The notes under the pieces were generated by a model, which was not told the DNA's origin, did not search any database, and was given only the letters and a program-made list of their open reading frames with translations. Shown here in pieces: positions 12,359-24,300 of a stretch of DNA of 64,000 bases (the stretch's first letter is position 1; each line of letters opens with the position of its first letter). This DNA comes from Phoronis australis (taxonomy: Eukaryota > Animalia > Phoronida), in contig NMRA01000217.1 in the NCBI GenBank assembly GCA_002633005.1, forward strand, positions 124,001 to 188,000, written 5' to 3'. The translations under genes and the position numbers were made by a program.

Positions 12359-15300
12359 CTAGAATTTCATAAAAGAGGTGAATATCAGTTTCGTTGCTTG
12401 TCAATATCTACACTAACGTATTGGGTTAATTGCCCACTGCTTGTAGTACCACATGATAAACAAGAAAATTACCTCTACATTGCCAATATTGGTGCGCCAA
12501 AAGGTGATGGAGTTAATGGCAAGTATTATAGGTCTAGATGACAGACTGCGGATAGGAAATATCTTTGCTGAAATCAAATGAATAATACGAGATGTAAGAC
12601 AGTTGGCCAATGAAAAGTCTAATTTGGATAGTCGTAGAGAGTCCACCACGCTCAGTTGTCTTGTATGCAGAGAATGTCAACCTACATGTACAGCTCGTTA
12701 TTCAATACTCCGTTGAAATGCGTGTAGGCCGGAAACTGACTTCAAGTGGACACAAACCCACAAGTAAGAATTGACGCAGTAGTCGGGTTTGCGGAAAGAT
12801 AACTGCTAATTTGCAGCATTCTGGAAGGATTTTTCCCTCCGGTGTTCGTTTACTCTTCACAAAAATACGAGAGGGAAATATAGGCCATTTGACTCTAGGA
12901 AGCCTAGAAAATCACTTCCGCACAGAAAACCAATCTTCAAAAACCAACAACACTAGATAAAAAGTGAATGATAATTTGATTGGGATTTGTTTATTTGAAG
13001 TTACTGAACAAGAAAAGTGATATATATATATATTATGATATTAGGTGGAAAATTGCTCAAAAAAGAGAAAAAAATTAGCAGCGCCTCCTGTTGGCCAGAA
13101 AACATACTACTATATTCTGATCTGCCAAAAAACAAGTGCTGTTAAATATTTGGATGGAACTTGATGAAGATTTGATATCACAACGTTACCTACATATGAA
13201 CAACATACAGCTAAGATTTCATTTGACTTCCTGTTTTAAATAGCACATAATTGGAAGAGTAAACGATTTCCTTCAACGCTAAAAACTCCAATTCAACAAT
13301 CTTCAAAACGTGAGATACTGAAATCTGCGCAACGGTTGAATTTTCAAGATAGATGAATTACAGAACACAGGCAACATTTCCATTTTTATATTTCTCAAAT
13401 TCCAAGCACTGCTCGTGATTTTACATAAAAGGGTCTAAAATAGGATTAGAAATTCATAAAAAGCAGTGCTGATCACTCACATGTAGGTAAAAACTGCTGC
13501 CAGTACATTTGAGATTGAGACGACTAAAACTACAAATTTATCAAGCAAACTAAATTTGTAGTATGACCTAAACTAAAGATCATTTACCATAAATTACACC
13601 TTTTCAAATTAAGAACAGGTAGGCCTATTTACAATTGAATGTTTGGAACTGGGATAGGTTTTCAACTTTTCTTTTGTTTGTGAAGTTCCCCTGTGATGAA
13701 ATTTGATTTGTGGCAAATGGTTAATTGTGGTGGCAAGACATATACCTTATATTTCTTTGAGCACTGTTAAATGTACATGTAACTCACTGACAGTTACAAT
13801 CTCCTTAATTTTGTTGTGGGCTCAACATTATTTCCATCATCAGCTTGGTCCCTTTTTCTTTTTTAAGAGCTCTTTCAATTTTTGTTACATCCGTTAAATG
13901 TCTGTAACACTGCTTGTGATAGATGGGGTGCTCGAGTTTTTGAGAATGTCGACATTTATTAAGATTCACGGAGTACTTGCGAGCTACAAATTGTGCGTTC
14001 GCTGAATTTTGGTAATTCCTGCCTTTTTAGTGAACTTTTGTCTTGTTTTCTACTTTTCGGGTTCTTGTTTCTCTGAGGCGGACCTTTTTACCCACTTTAT
14101 CAAATGGGGGAGGCTCGTTCAAGCCCCTGAGCCCCCCATCCCAAGAGCTCTGTTTTTTCACAAAAACTTAAGAACTTATCAGCAATGATACTTCTCTTGC
14201 ACTCAATGTTGATACGTTTGTTTGCAGTAGCCTTAAACCAGATAATATCTGAAACTGATTCCAGCTCAGAAATTAGAGCAGAACCTCAGAGGCGGATCTA
14301 CAAGGGAGCTCAGGGGGTTCAAACCCCCTCGGCTCGGGACAGGATTAAGAAATTGAAAAAAATCAACAGAAAAACGAAATTAGCTACTAAGAACCACAAA
14401 CAATCTTACACGGGAGGAGGGAAACCTTCTCCCGACCTTCCTTCCTGTCGGCACTACGCGCCTCGGATTCCCTCGAATCCTAGCTATCCCCCCCTTACTG
14501 AAAACGTAGATCTGCCACTGAACCTGACACGTGAATGCAACAAAGGGGCAGACATCATGCGTCTATTGTGAAGTCGCACACTCGTTCAATAATCCATGGT
14601 TTCAGCAGAGTCCTAGCTGTCCCAAAACTGTTCTTCGCAAAACACAAAATGATTCATTTCAGGAATGTGCCAAGAATTGTTTCAGTACGATGACACTCGT
14701 GGCCACTTGATTTGGCTTTTCTCATTTCCTAACTGCTGCCTGCTGGTTTTTGAGCCTTGGTACTTGGTAATTGCCTATTACTTGCACACCCATCCAAGAA
14801 TTGATACTATCCAATGTGGTCAGTAGCAGTAAACAAACTAGCTAAGCCAGCTGACCTCTGATGAACGTTTTCATGCCAAGCAGACGACTTTTGAAGGGGA
14901 AAGGTATGGACACAATATTTTTCTGGCATTTGGTTGGCTGTTCGGATCATTTTGCACTGACATCTGGTGGTTAGCACATTAGTTAAGGTTACATTTTTCC
15001 AACTTTTAAATTAAAATTCTAACTAAACGTGCAGGTGTATTCTTGGGAACTTTTTTGAAATTGACTTTTGAACATATGTAGATGGGTTTAAGTCAAAGTT
15101 CCCGTTGACCCTAGAAAGTGGCCACGGAGGTGAAAGATACATGTAGGAGAGCTGGGACTGTAGCCTAATAAAGATGTGTCGAACCATTATCAGGTAACAC
15201 AGACAAAAACAACACCGGGTTAAATCGTAATCTTTCCATTATAAACGCGAGTATAACTATGAGAGCTTAGCAGAAATAGATGCACAAGAAAAGTTAATAA

Positions 15301-18300
15301 AAATAGCCTTCACCTTTTCCGGTAGAACACCAGCGCAATAATCATCAAAACAGCGACAACAACGACAGCGGCCAATGGGCTCAAAATGACAGTCACGCCT
15401 GTATTGTGTCCTGCAACGGAAACATTGCCTGATTGGGGCAGTGTTCACTTACAAGGATCCCAGATTTTGTAGAGTATGTTTCACGCCTTTTTATATCAGT
15501 GATGAAAACTGGTTCTCAAAATGCAGCATCCTCACAAGTGACTGAAATTTCATTTTTTGTCTTCGGGTCAAATGGTATCCAAAAGACCTACCGGGATTTC
15601 TTAAACGGACCCTGGGATCTATACTAAACGTCCATTTTCTGCAGTGATTTTATGTCTCAAAATCCGCCCTGGGAACTCTTTCCTTAAAAGGTGGTGGGGC
15701 TCCTTAGGAAACTTTATATTTACCACAAGGCTCTCATTCTGCAGAGGTTAAAGTGCCGCGAGACTGGGAGAGGGAGCAAGTGGCATGCAATTGAGATTGG
15801 AAGATTTAACTCGGTGGAGAGGCTTCGGAGGCGGCGATTTGATTTGCTCTATCTAGATTTTAACATTAATTGATTTGAAATGTCGTCCAAGATTCACTTT
15901 TTAGCAGTTTGGCTACTATTCCTGTATTCTGGGACGCCTTGGTTGGCTATTCATCGATAAACTTGAAATATAATGGTCTTTTAAATGAAAACATGTGGCA
16001 TTTTGCCATATTCTCATACTTTTGCTCCGTGCCAGAAATGTATTGCAAAACGGTAATTCCGAATCAAAATAGCCCCCACGGAGGCTTTTTCGATCCCCGT
16101 TTCCGAAAAGAGCACCCCTGTGTTGACTCTTTCGGAAATCCCCGGTATACCTTTCCAAAACCTGTAACTCGAGAAACATTTCCGTAGTTACAGTAAAAAC
16201 CACGAGTAATCAGATAAAAGAGCCCAAAAGTTCCCATCAAGACGACTGTAAACAAAAAAATAGTCACTGTAGCCAGTTCTCATGACTGGAAATTTGCTCG
16301 AAAAGATGCTGAAAGCGCTACTCTATAGTTAAATTTTCACCAAAATGTAGCATTTTTATTTATCATCCATCATTATTGCTGTTAACGTGGAACTTAACTG
16401 TATCGTTTCCTTGCGCCTGCGTTTCATGTAGACCCTACCTGACAGCTTTCCGCCATTCATACTGCCACAGTCAACACAAGGCTCTACTGTGCGCTGCAAT
16501 GTAACACAAGTCTCGTTGCCATGGCAAAATCTTTTCTTCCACCGTTTGCACTCAGTGGAACAACTGCTCCAATCTGACCACAGTCCACATATAGCTACGT
16601 ATGTTGACGAGCCATTACAAAATCTCATCTCAGAACACGGAGATCTGTTGCACAATCGAGAGGCAATAGTAGTACCGATACAAGGTGCCCCAAGCGGAAT
16701 GCTGGGAGCAGGATTCGAACACGTTCTAGCTCTGTACTGAACGCCACCGCCGCAAACTACGGAGCACCCGCCCCAGTTCGACCATGCTGACCACTGGCCG
16801 TTGACACGACAGGCTTGGGCGGTGCACGTGCGATTCTCATTGTCGTCACCGAGGCACCACTGGCCGTTCTTTGATGGCGGCGGATTTGAACACGTTCGAA
16901 GTCTGCTCTGGGTGCCGTATCCACACGATACGGAGCAAACCGTATAATTGGACCAGTGGGACCAGGCACCGTGGACTGGACATGGTTTAGTGGAACAAGT
17001 GCGGCCTTCAGTCAGGTTTCCAACACAGTTTGCCCCGCCAAACATTGGGGACGGGCTGTTGCACAAGCGTGTTCTACCCTGAATCCCCCCACCGCAAGTT
17101 CTAGAACAAGTCGACCACGCTGTCCAAATAGACCATTGACCGTCTACCGAACACTTATCTGTGTTGCACGTCTGTGTAACTGTAGATGACCCTGTGCACT
17201 CCTGACCTCCAAATGCCGGCGAGGGGTTGTTACAAGTCCGATTTCGCATCTGCTGTCCGCCACCACATGACTTAGAACAAATCGACCACGTTGGCCAAAT
17301 AGACCATTGGCCGTCTACTGGACACGCGTCAGTGTTGCACGACTGTGTAACTGACGACGGCCCTCCGCACGCCTGGCCCCCGAATGCCGGCGAGGGATTG
17401 CTACAAGTCCGGTTTCGCATCTGCTGTCCGCCCCCACATGATTTAGAACAAGTCGACCACGCTGTCCAAATAGACCATTGGCCGTATACTGGACACGCGT
17501 CAGTGTTGCACGACTGTGTTACTGACGACGGCCCTCCGTAGATATCGCCGCTGCGGAATGCTGGCGAGGGATTGCTGCGAGTTCTCATCTGCTGTCCGCC
17601 TCCACATGATTGAGAACAAACTGACCACGCCGTCCAAATAGACCACAGGCCATCTACTAGACAAATATCCATGTTGCATGACTGCGTAACTGTCGATGAC
17701 CCTGCGCACTCCTTACCTCCAAATGCCGGCGAGGGGTTGTTGCAAGTCCGATTTCGCATCTGCTGTCCGTCCCCACACGATTCAGAACAAATTGACCACG
17801 CTGTCCAAATAGACCATTGGCCGTCTACTGGACACGTGTCAGTCTTGCACGACTGTGTTACCGACGACGGCCCTCCGCATTCCTCCCCTCCAAATGCCGG
17901 CGAGGGGTTGCTACAAGTCCGATTTCGCATCTGCTGTCCGCCCCCGCACGATTGAGAACAAATCGACCACGCTGTCCAAATAGACCATTGGCCGTCTACT
18001 GGACACATGTCAGTCTTGCACGACTGTGTTACTGACGACGGCCCTCCGCATTCCTCCCCTCCAAATGCTGGCAAGGGGTTGTTACAAGTCCGATTTCGCA
18101 TCTGCTGTCCGTCCCCACACGATTCAGAACAAATTGACCACGCTGTCCAAATAGACCATTGGCCGTCTACTGGACACGTGTCAGTCTTGCACGACTGTGT
18201 TACCGACGACGGCCCTCCGCATTCCTCCCCTCCAAATGCCGGCGAGGGGTTGCTACAAGTCCGATTTCTTATCTGCTGTCCGCCCCCGCATGATTTAGAA

Positions 18301-21300
18301 CAAATCGACCACTCTGTCCAAACAGACCATTGGCCGTCTACTGGACAAGTATCCGTGTTACACGTCTGTGTAACTGATGATGACCCTGCGCATTGCTCAC
18401 CTCCAAATGCCGGCGACGGGTTGCTACAAGTACGAGATCGAGTCTGCTGTCCGCCTCCGCACGATTGAGAACAAATTGACCACACTGTCCAAGTAGACCA
18501 TTGGCCCTCAACGGGACAGTTATGTGTGTTGCATGGCCGTGTTATTGACATCCGACCTTTACACTGTTTGCCTCCAAATGCCGGTGCAGGGTTTCTGCAT
18601 AACCTTCTTCTGACTTGAACGCCATTCCCGCACGACTTTGAACAACTCGACCAATTCGCCCAATTCGACCACGAACCACCAACAGGCACGCCACACGAAG
18701 GCTTTGCTACTATGTCGCGCTCAATTGCTTCACCTGCACAACTTCTTCCGTTTCCAACTGGCGAAGGGTTGGTACATGTTCTTTGGCGACTTCGTGTGCG
18801 TTGACCACATGTCACAGACGTACTCGACCATGACGCCCACTCTGACCACTGTCCATCTCGATCATGGGCTGTGAATAACCACAATTATAATGATGATTTT
18901 AAACAAGGTCTTGAGCGGAAACGGGTAAGGCAATCGAAAAGCAAATTTGATTCTGGTCTTTACCCCGACTTGTTTTGAAACCTGTGCTCAAAACTAGAAA
19001 ACAAATAACGTCCTTCCGCATAGATTTCAGCCAAGTTCTCTTTGGTTTTATATTGTTTCTTTTTTTGACACACTGCGCAAAGACACGTAACCAAAGGATA
19101 ACAAGGCAGGCAATGACTAACAACAACTCCCGCATTATTTTTCATCATCTCGGGCGCATTTTCTTTTCTGAAAAGTGAGCAACTAAAATCATCATCTACC
19201 TGATTTTCAAAAAAAAAACCACAAACCAGAGGCAACTATGCTTTTCTGAATACATCGACACATGGTTTAAACTGTAATTGCAAACTGAAATACACTTTAT
19301 TTAGTTTTCCTTTCTGCCTGACTGCCTGCATGACGGACACATAGGTCGATATGGGAAACAAGCTTTACGAAATATATTCACTTTGAATAGATTTTGAACT
19401 TGTTAATAAGAAGTCAGATTAAAATAATTCACTCGACCTTCATAGCGGAGCATCCATCCCATACGAGTCACTGTACGATCAGTTACGAAATCGAGAGTCA
19501 ATATTTCGCCGAGAGAGGTCACCACAGTCTCGACAGCAGTATCTCCGCATATACGCGTCTTATTCTTGTTGACAGGATCGCCGAACTAAAATGTATGAAA
19601 AAGTATATCATTTTGTATTCGTTCAAAATTACAGAATTCTCAACTTAAGAAATTAGATGAAGGATTCAAACGGCCATTCACCTCAGAGACCTGACTTTGA
19701 TAAACTAAAGTGTGTTGTGTAAGAGTTTTGGTCAAACTTATACCTTTTTTGTTTTGTGGTTAAAATGCCCGAGGCGGAACAGAAGTTACTCGCATTGGTT
19801 CGTAGTGCTGTAGTGTCTATTAGTGCTTAAAGATGTCGCTTGTCTTGGTGTGCCACCTTGACCGATAATACACGATGGAAATGCACATTTTTTATTGTTT
19901 TGCTCACACAAAAGCTTAAATCTAGTATTTGGAAATGAATCTTTTACCTTCAAGTATAAATACTTTCCAAAAACACGAATGTCATAAAAATACGAATCGC
20001 AGGCTACTACCATGTTCACTCTCGTTGGCTATGTTGCGGGTAACTGGACAGTATCACCGTCTCAGCTGGACCCAGTAGGGACCGTGTCCATCTCATAGGG
20101 CCACCATACGCTAGAAGCTTTTCGGCGAATTATGCCTCAAAAAGGTACTTATAGCAATTTGACTTTGGTGGTTTAATCAGTGTGGGGCATCACTTGCTGA
20201 ACTGGATTCCGTATTATGTAGGGCCTGTGGGATGGCCACCTCTCCCGGTGGCACTGCCTACTATTCAGGTGCCAGCCATCCAAAATCATTTGACAGCTTT
20301 CCAAGCAGACGTTCGCCTGCATAACACTTTCTGACCTTTGGATTAAAGGACTCGTATACCTCTAATCTATGGTCTGGGATACACACGAATAGATTTCCGT
20401 TATCAGTAAAAAAGTCTATTGAAACCGGTCGCACGCGGTCACATGGACACATCCAGTCACTTTAAAACGAAAAAAAAATTACCAATAAATAGTCGTCGCA
20501 ATGGTCCCACGTTCCTTCTATGTGCAAGTTGTGAAATGAAACACGTACGCTGCCTTGCGGCACACTTATTTTGTACATGCATCGCAAGTTGTTGGTGTAG
20601 TTACTAGGGTAAAATGGCGACGAGATTATCCCATAGTTTCCGTGGTAGTTTCCACCGCATTCTGTGAAAAAAGGAAAATCGTTTTTAACACGTAAAACAA
20701 GTAACTGTTTAGCTAAATACGCTTTGTCACTATCTAAACTAAGATCAACGTCATGCATAAAATTAAACATAAAGTTCTAAACACGTATATTTTGAGAGAT
20801 GCAAAACATCTAGATGTCAAAGTGTGACAAGTACTTCATAGGATGTTAAGTGAAAGTTCCCCAAGTCATTTTAATATTTGCTCGGCGTGCTTCACAACCA
20901 TGCGCCTCAAAAGCTGATCTTTAGGCAATTAACTCACCATCAAATGAAAGCTTCCATCCCCTGTGTTCAGAATCTCTATCAGTTTTAAATTCAACCAAAG
21001 CAGAATTGCCGTCAGCTAACAAAGGCGGAGGAAGAATTCCTCCGCAGTGTTTCTGAGTCTGCGCAGTGCCTTCAAGAAACTGAAAATAGAATGATACAAT
21101 GGTTTTGATGTGAAAGTCCGGGGACATTCACTATTCGGACTTGTTTTGATGATTCAAAAATACGTAATTTGTGTGCAGTCACCTATTATCCTGATGTAGG
21201 TCTAAGGCTGACCCTGTCCAAGCCATATTATTGTGACTAATTTCACAAGAGCGATTAGAAAAGATTATAGTCCCGTTATTGAAGTGTGCACTGTGTTTTA

Positions 21301-24300
21301 AATCAGCGGTGCACGCCAAAATATTAGCAGGCTTGGTGGAAAATGGGTTAAGTATCACAGTAGCTGTCCAACTGCAGCTTCCGTGAGGAAACAGTCATTC
21401 AAGTTATTTGCTACGTCACAGGAATCAAGAGAATACCCCCTTGGACTTCTCAAAAGGGAAGGGGAATGCAGTGACGGATCTAGGATATCATAAAGGGGGC
21501 AACTTTTCGTCTCGGGTGCAAGGCACGATTGCATGCGCTCAACCAGTCTGAAAAATAGGGGGCTCGAATTTCTGGACTCTGTACGAAAAAAGGACGGAGT
21601 ACTGAAATAAAGCGGGAATACGCCTTGCGCATGTTAATTACCGGGGTTCATTGATGAACTCACGCAGCCTCTTGCTTTTTTATTTGCGACAGCCAAGGGG
21701 GGGGGGGCTGCCCGGCCCTTAATCCGCTTATGGGATGAGTCCACAGGTAACTACCGAGACGGCGACGCCTAAACAAAAGAACATAACTACGAACTATATC
21801 AGTGATTCACTTGTGACCACGGGAAAACCTCGAAATACGAGAAAGGTCACTATTAGACCATGCTGGAAGCTATGGCTAGAGTCACTTAAAAAGTGTACGA
21901 AGACAGATTTGAATGATCGTCTCCAAAGAAATAAACGAACTCAACCGAAGGACGCAAAAGAAGACAAATAACAATTGCTCTTATCAGTGTCACTTTTACA
22001 TCTTTAAAAATGTGTTATCGCGTGCGCCTAACTATGCTAGTGTACAGTGCTGATCGAAAATAGCTTGATGACCTCGTTAGAATCTGGAATCACACAGGGG
22101 CTCCTTACATTTACGTGTTATCATTCATGGGCCTTTCCGGTGCCGAAAGTGGCCCCGAATCACTCGAGCGATTGCTGATAATGGCAATGCGTCATTTTTG
22201 GCAGGAATGTGTTAAAATGAATGCCGTTCTTGTTTTAAAGTGTGTCTGCACCAATGAATCATATCTCGTGAATCTCATGAATACAATAAATATTCACCAG
22301 TTTATTTTGATTTATTCACCCGGTGCAGCGCAACTGAAATTTATATGAGACGAAAGTGGAAAATAAAATATAATGTTGCTCTGCCACGGGAAGTAATTTT
22401 CACCTTTATCCGAACAATTCGGAATACAATCGAGTTGAAGCCGTGTTGGTAACGTTCACGATGATCGTTGACGTGATTTTTTGCAGCCCGCGTGTATTAT
22501 CAAAAACAAAATCGGTCTACTGCCATGCAATCAAGTTATTAAATCCATGCAGGGGAACTCAGTCCTTCAGCTTTACCCTAAAGTGTTCGTATGCACATGT
22601 TCCTTCACTTTGCTCCAGCGAAAAGTCCAGGAATTTCACAACCAAGTTGCCGTTAGGAACGGTTAGGTTATAGGTGCATCGTTGAAGACCTTGATAACCG
22701 TGAGGGTAGCCATGTGAGACAACCATACCAGGAACAACGGAACAAATCCCGTTACACTGGGTACCTAACCAAGAAACAATGAGGACAGTTGAATGGGGAG
22801 AATCCCTAAACATCAACGAATGTAGTCCCGAAACACAGCAAGTGTTTTAGGTGAGGCGAGGTAGTAATTTCAATTGCCGGTGTCGAGAACGGTGTTACAC
22901 GCCCAGTCGCGAGTTTTAATTCGAGATTAAAAGATGACATTATCTGTAGTGATGATTATTTGAGATTTGCATCGACGATTTTTTCATCCTGTGACAAATG
23001 CTTGTTTTGACTTGATTTTGCGTCAAGGGATATAATTTATGCTTTCGAAACAAGACAAATGAAACCCGCGACTGTATTACTTGAATGGCCGGGGTGGATA
23101 TAACGCGTGGTTTTTGGCACGTTGAACTGTCCCAAACTTGACATGGTTTGAATTTTAAAAAGCATTTCGGCCTTGGAACGTTCACTTGAACTTGGCCACT
23201 GACAACGATTTTTTTTCAGAAGCCTATTTGACGGTACATGTTAATGTAACTTATCAAAAGTACTGTGTTTAGCATGATATCCGTCGACCACTAAGCTAAA
23301 ATCAAATATTAAAAAGTCACCATAGACTTACACACGCTTACGTATTTCAGTCTCCATCCCTTCTTACTTTCACTGGCGTCGGTTTTAAATCTCATGTTTA
23401 GCCTGTGATCTTTGGAAATGAAGGCTGGAGGTAGAATCTGGCCGCAGAAGTGTTTCCCGTCAATCTAGTGAAGCAAAGAACAAAGAAAGGCTTTGTCACA
23501 GAGGGTTACCAACTGCAAGAATAACAGTTCCGAATTTGGGGTGCCATTTTGTCGAAAACATACTTGCCCAATATACATGTACCTCACCCTTTCCCGACCG
23601 GGCCGACCCAGCAATCAATCAGTTCCAACTTGAAAGCTGACGTAACCGACAACAATGAAATGCAAATAAGGAAACTTGTACAGAATTACACGAATGTGTC
23701 TCATACAACACTTCAGCAGTGTCTCGTAACATTGTTTTCATCAAAAGTACTTCAACTTTCTTTCGTGAATGTGTTTTCTTATGCTTTTGTTTTGGGAAAA
23801 ATCCGTGACGCTACTAGTGTCCTTCGAACAACCGAACCTTCAAGAACCACTTTATGTGCAGCTGACTTTTTCCAACCTGTAATTTTAGAATCCATGCGTC
23901 AACTGTTATCCAACATCAAAATCCTCGGATCTACTGGGAGTCCACAAGGCCACCGGAGGCACGTCGGCCCACTCGCTTCACTTGAACATTATGATAAAAG
24001 CCTGACACCTTTTACTGAAAACCTTAAGAGCATTAGTACGGCGGAGCTTAGGGCCAACAGAAAAATAAAAAAACTGCCAGTATCTCGGTTGTATGTGAAT
24101 GTGGCCAACAGGTGGTGTGCAGGGCAAGGCTTAAATATGTTTGCCAATGTCTGGATTATTTTCTTTAAAAAACACAATGTTTCAATTTTGTTAATCGATA
24201 CCTATGTGTAACGAATGAAAATGGAAACATTTTGTTCAGTCTTTTTTGTTTCTAATACAGTAATATGTTAGTAAGCCAGTTAATAACAAGTGAAATTCAG

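Noticed and set aside
17148-18512. Regularly spaced direct repeats resembling a CRISPR array
   Set aside because: The whole 171-bp unit is repeated with no unique spacers, it codes for TSP1 domains, and the DNA is eukaryotic with no cas genes.
16489-18874. Several plus-strand ORFs with repeated HDCVTDDGPP motifs
   Set aside because: They are antisense shadows of the TSP1 repeat exon.
23588-23637. Possible minus-strand micro-exon (cag|ctttcaag...aaagg|gtgagg) inside CUB1
   Set aside because: It would introduce an in-frame TGA, and CUB1 is complete without it.
23549-24211. 220-aa plus-strand ORF nested antisense in a CUB intron
   Set aside because: It starts at TTG and shows no recognisable motif or splice support; probably chance.
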